From Pseudomonadota bacterium (GTDB lineage: Bacteria > Pseudomonadota > Gammaproteobacteria > Burkholderiales > SG8-39), in assembly GCA_040752005.1 (NCBI GenBank), contig JBFMFX010000009.1, positions 59,543-123,542 on the forward strand: a stretch of DNA of 64,000 bases, written 5' to 3'. The translations under genes were made by a program, and so were the position numbers. Below, one piece after another: positions 60,410 to 64,000 of this stretch (within the stretch, counting starts at the first letter, position 1; every line of letters begins with the position of its first letter). The notes beneath the pieces are model-generated. The model saw only the letters and a program-made list of their open reading frames with translations, was not told the DNA's origin and searched no databases.

Positions 60410-60940
60410 ATGCGTTACGCCGACACCTTGCATCTGGTGGAGCGGCTGCCCGCGCGCCGGCCCGCTCCCACGCTACCGTCGCGGCTCGATGAGCTGTTCG
60501 AGCGCCTGGCGGCAAGCGCCAGCGAAACCGAGGCGCTCGCGATCGAGGACGAGATCTGGAGCGCCTGGATGTACGACGGGCGCGAGGAAGCCGAGGCGGC
60601 GCTCGATCGCGCCGCAGCCGACCTGGCTGCGCGGCGCTTCGACATCGCCGAGACGCGCCTGGTGCGGCTGGTGCGAGGCCGTCCGGACTGGGCCGAGGCC
60701 TGGAACAAGCTCGCCACCCTTTACTACATGATGGAGCGCGACGACGAGAGCGTGGCGGCGATCCACCGGACGCTGGAGATCGAGCCGCGCCACTTTGGCG
60801 CGCTCGCTGGCTTGGGCGAGATCCTGCGCGGGCAGGGCGAACGCGAGCCGGCGCTGCTTGCTTTCGGGCGGGCGCTGCGCGTGCATCCGCATCTCGCCGG
60901 TGTGCGCGAGTCGCTGCGCTCGCTCACCGACACGCCGTAG
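60410..60940 (+). CDS. TPR-repeat protein
   Basis: WAEAWNKLATLYYMMERDDESVAAIHRTLEIEPRHFGALAGLGEIL...ALLAFGRALRVHP are TPR-like repeats. Confidence 0.7.
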   Translation: MRYADTLHLVERLPARRPAPTLPSRLDELFERLAASASETEALAIEDEIWSAWMYDGREEAEAALDRAAADLAARRFDIAETRLVRLVRGRPDWAEAWNKLATLYYMMERDDESVAAIHRTLEIEPRHFGALAGLGEILRGQGEREPALLAFGRALRVHPHLAGVRESLRSLTDTP

Positions 60941-60985
60941 CCGGGCGCGGCGCCGGTACCTGGCCGCGAGGCATAATGGCGCGCC

Positions 60986-62230
60986 ATGCGCACGGTCCGC
61001 GCGCCCGCCGAAGACCTCGATTTCCGCCCCGAGGCGCCGGAGTTCCGGCGCGATCCGTATCCGATGCTGGCTCGCCTGCGCGCCGCGGATCCGGTGCACT
61101 GGAGCCCGCGCCTCAAGGCGTGGGTGCTCACACGCTACGACGACGTGCGCGCGGTGCTGCTCGACCCGCGGATGTCTTCCGATCGCCTGCGACCGTTCTT
61201 CGCCGCGCTGCCGGGCGAGGAGTCCGCGCGCATCGCGCACCTCATCCGCTACCTTTCGTCCTGGATGGTGTTCCGCGATCCGCCCGAGCACACCCGGCTG
61301 CGGCGGCTGGCGGGCCGGGTGTTCAACCTTCAGTCCATGAACGCGATGCGCCCGGTGGTCGAGGCGCTCGTCGAGCGGTTGCTGGCGCGCATCGGCGAGC
61401 GCGGCGCGATTGACTTCATCGCCGATTTCGCCGGGCCGCTTCCGGCGCTTGTCATCATGGCGATGCTCGGCGTGCCGGAGGAGGAGCTGGCACGCGTCAA
61501 GCAGCTGTCGGACGATATGGCGCTCTTCGTCGGCAGCGCGCGCATGCCGGGCGAAAAGTACGCGATCGCCGAGCGCGCGGCGAGGCAGATGGCCGGGTTC
61601 TTCTCCGCGCTGATCGCCGAGCGCCGGCGCTCGCCGCGCGCGGACCTGCTCTCGCAGCTGGTGCGTCTGGAGACCGAAGGCGAGCGGCTCACCGAGGACG
61701 AGCTCATCGCCACCTGCATCCTGCTTCTGTTCGCCGGTCACGAGACCACGACGAACCACATCGCGAACGGGATCGCCGCACTGTTGCGGTTCCCGGAAGA
61801 AATGGAGAAACTGCGCGCCGATCCGGGACTCGCGCCGCGCGCCATCGAGGAGCTGCTGCGCTACGACGGCCCGAGCGGCGCCCAGGTGCGCATCGTCGCC
61901 GCGGAGTGCGAAATGCGCGGCAAGGTCCTGCGGCCGGGCGAGCGCGTGTTCCTGATGCTGAACGCCGCCAACCGGGATCCGGACGCGTACGAGGATCCCG
62001 ACCGGCTGCGGCTGGATCGGGGCGGGCCGGCGCACCTCGCCTTCGGGTTCGGCACCCACATCTGCCTCGGCTTTCCGCTGGCGCGGCTGGAGGGGCAGGT
62101 GGCGATTCCGGCGGTGCTGCGGCGCTGGCGCCACATCGCGCTCGCGGTGCCGGAGGACGAGATCGAATGGCACAGCTCGATGATCTTCCGCGGCATGAGG
62201 CGGCTGCCGCTCACCGTCGGACCGGCATGA
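60986..62230 (+). CDS. Cytochrome P450
   Basis: The heme-binding loop is FGFGTHICLGFPLA, the ExxR motif is EELLR, and the I-helix is LLFAGHETT. Confidence 0.93.
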   Translation: MRTVRAPAEDLDFRPEAPEFRRDPYPMLARLRAADPVHWSPRLKAWVLTRYDDVRAVLLDPRMSSDRLRPFFAALPGEESARIAHLIRYLSSWMVFRDPPEHTRLRRLAGRVFNLQSMNAMRPVVEALVERLLARIGERGAIDFIADFAGPLPALVIMAMLGVPEEELARVKQLSDDMALFVGSARMPGEKYAIAERAARQMAGFFSALIAERRRSPRADLLSQLVRLETEGERLTEDELIATCILLLFAGHETTTNHIANGIAALLRFPEEMEKLRADPGLAPRAIEELLRYDGPSGAQVRIVAAECEMRGKVLRPGERVFLMLNAANRDPDAYEDPDRLRLDRGGPAHLAFGFGTHICLGFPLARLEGQVAIPAVLRRWRHIALAVPEDEIEWHSSMIFRGMRRLPLTVGPA

Positions 62231-62263
62231 GTCGGGCGGGGGCGGCGGCGGTGGCAAAAACAA

Positions 62264-62303
62264 GGGGATGCCGAAGGGAGGAGAAGGGAATTTCGGCATC
62301 CCC
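62264..62303 (+). other. Perfect 12-bp-stem hairpin in the P450/trkA intergenic region
   Basis: GGGGATGCCGAA (62264-62275) and TTCGGCATCCCC (62292-62303) flank a 16-nt purine-rich loop. No T-run follows, so it is not a canonical terminator. Confidence 0.5.
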
Positions 62304-62449
62304 GTCCGGCATTCCCCGCCGGGAATTCGTGCAACGGCACAAAGTATCCTCCCCGGGATGCGCCGGGCGCGAGGAAGTATTCAACAGACGGCGGCCGAAA
62401 TTTTGCCGCGCGAACCGGGCCAGGCAGTGAACGCATCGCCCGATCGCGC

Positions 62450-63823
62450 ATGAAGATCGTCATTCTCGGAGCGGGGCAGGTGGGCTCCTCGGTCGCCGAG
62501 AGCCTCGTCTCGGAGCAGAACGACATCACCGTGGTGGACCTGGATCCGCAGCGGCTGCGCCTGCTCGCGGACCGGCTCGATCTGCGCACTGTCGCCGGCA
62601 ATGCTGCGCACCCTTCGGTGCTGCGCGAGGCCGGAATCGAGGACACCGATTTACTGATCGCGGTGACGCAGTCGGACGAGACCAACCTCGTCGCCTGCCG
62701 GCTGGCGAGCCGCATGTTCAACGTGCCGCGGCGGGTGGCGCGGGTGCGCGCGGCCGATTTTCTCGACAACGAGGCAGTGCTCGGGCGCGAGGGCTTCGAC
62801 GTGGACCTCGCGATCTGCCCCGAGCAGGTGCTCACCGACTACCTGGTGAAGCTGGTCGAGTTTCCCGAGGCGCTGCAGGTGCTCGACTTCGCCGGCGGCC
62901 GGGTGAGCCTGGTCGCGGTGCGTGCCTTCGAGGGCGGGCCGCTGGTCGGCCATCCGATCCGCGACATCCGCCGCCACATTCCGGCCACCGATGTGCGCAT
63001 CGTCGCGATCTTCCGCGGCAACCACGCGGTGATGCCCGACGGCGGCACCGTGATCGAGGCGGGCGACGAGGTGTTCTGTCTCGCGGCTTCCACCGACATC
63101 CGCCGGGTGATGCGGGAGCTGCGGCGCATGGACCGACCGGTGAAGCGCGTGATGATCGCCGGCGGCGGCAACATCGGGCAGCGCCTGGCGCGCGCGCTCG
63201 AGCGCGACTATCTGGTGAAGGTGATCGAGCACAACAAGCGCCGCTGCGAGGTCCTCGCCGAGCGGGTCGAACGCGCGCTCGTGCTCGCGGGCGACGCCAC
63301 CGACGAGGAGCTGCTTGCCGAGGAGAACGTCGGCGACATGGACCTTTTCATCGCGGTCACCAACGATGACGAGAACAACATCATGGCGTCGCTTCTCGCC
63401 AAGCGCATGGGCGCGCGGCGCGTGGTGACGCTCATCAACCGGCGCAGCTACGTGGACCTGGTGCAGGGGGCGCAGATTGACATCGCGCTCTCGCCCGCGC
63501 AGGCGACGATCGGCAGCCTGCTCGCGCATGTGCGCCGCGGCGACGTGGTCGCGGTGCACAGCCTGCGCCGCGGCGCGGCCGAGGCGCTGGAAGCGGTGGT
63601 GCACGGCGACCGCGAGGCCTCGCCGCTCGCCGGCCGGCGCGTGGACGAGGTCGAGCTGCCGCTCGGGGCGAGGATCGGCGCGCTGGTGCGCGGCGAGCAG
63701 GTGCTCATGGCGCACCACGACACGCGCATCGAGCCGGAGGACCATGTCATCGTGTTCGTCGCCGACAAGCGGGATCTTCCGCGCGTGGAGCGCCTGTTCC
63801 AGGTGAGCCCGCGCTATCTGTAG
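62450..63823 (+). CDS. trkA: Trk potassium uptake system NAD-binding subunit
   Basis: MKIVILGAGQVGSSVAESL... plus a second Rossmann unit VMIAGGGNIGQRLA. Confidence 0.95.
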   Translation: MKIVILGAGQVGSSVAESLVSEQNDITVVDLDPQRLRLLADRLDLRTVAGNAAHPSVLREAGIEDTDLLIAVTQSDETNLVACRLASRMFNVPRRVARVRAADFLDNEAVLGREGFDVDLAICPEQVLTDYLVKLVEFPEALQVLDFAGGRVSLVAVRAFEGGPLVGHPIRDIRRHIPATDVRIVAIFRGNHAVMPDGGTVIEAGDEVFCLAASTDIRRVMRELRRMDRPVKRVMIAGGGNIGQRLARALERDYLVKVIEHNKRRCEVLAERVERALVLAGDATDEELLAEENVGDMDLFIAVTNDDENNIMASLLAKRMGARRVVTLINRRSYVDLVQGAQIDIALSPAQATIGSLLAHVRRGDVVAVHSLRRGAAEALEAVVHGDREASPLAGRRVDEVELPLGARIGALVRGEQVLMAHHDTRIEPEDHVIVFVADKRDLPRVERLFQVSPRYL

Positions 63824-63836
63824 CGGCAGGCGCGCG

Positions 63837-64000
63837 TTGCGGCTCGGGGTCGTCGTCAACCTGCTGTCGGTGGTGCTGCTGGGATTCGCGGCCGCGATGC
63901 TCGCGCCGCTCGCCCTCGCGCATGTCCTTGCCGACGGCGCCGAGCGCGCCTACGACATCGCGCTCCTCGCCACCGCGCTCACCGGCGCCGCCGGCTACGC
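63837..64000 (+). CDS. trkH: Trk system membrane subunit, N-terminal fragment (runs off the window)
   Basis: I translated this frame myself: LRLGVVVNLLSVVLLGFAAAMLAPLALAHVLADG... This is the typical TrkH N-terminus, located directly after trkA. The start codon (TTG at 63837) is uncertain. Confidence 0.5.
   Translation, partial: MRLGVVVNLLSVVLLGFAAAMLAPLALAHVLADGAERAYDIALLATALTGAAGY

Overview
This is a high-GC bacterial chromosomal segment. Synteny such as ilvE / Zn-finger / waaF and glnE / yhdP-like / tldD suggests a betaproteobacterium, but that is inference only. The window splits into two parts.

(1) Positions 1 to about 13.8 kb are an accessory, defence-type island, all on the minus strand. 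It holds a CRISPR array cut by the window edge, a leader, and a complete type I-G (formerly I-U) cas operon: cas3, csx17/cas8u2, csb1/cas7u, csb2/cas5u-6u, cas4-cas1 fusion, cas2. Upstream of cas3 lies a 0.72 kb gap with no convincing gene, preceded by an XRE / WYL-regulator / degenerate-Fic gene string.

The most unusual feature is two extra small genes stitched into the cas operon by ATGA stop/start overlaps. One is a minimal nucleotidyltransferase-fold protein between cas3 and csx17. The other is a DUF6883-like protein between csb2 and cas4-cas1. The csx17 ORF also carries an atypical charged N-terminal extension.

(2) Positions 13.8-64 kb are mostly core genes:
- GGDEF protein, phosphomannomutase, waaF, ilvE, glnE, yhdP-like, tldD
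- CoA-transferase pair, DUF427-adenylate cyclase fusion, glpK
- GH15-otsB-otsA trehalose operon, with a membrane-anchored OtsA
- MASE1 histidine kinase with a FixJ-type regulator
- a multi-subunit Mrp-type antiporter cluster with three MrpD paralogues
- sucCD, a DUF4143 AAA ATPase, benE
- an ACP/acyl-AMP-ligase/acyltransferase tri-domain protein, a tandem cNMP-binding protein, a GT39 glycosyltransferase, an Ntn amidotransferase
- a TPR protein, a P450, trkA and the start of trkH

I recognised no rRNA, tRNA, transposase or integrase. Many very long ORFs in the track are high-GC shadow frames and were rejected. All functional calls come from reading motifs in the translations by eye. No database search was run.
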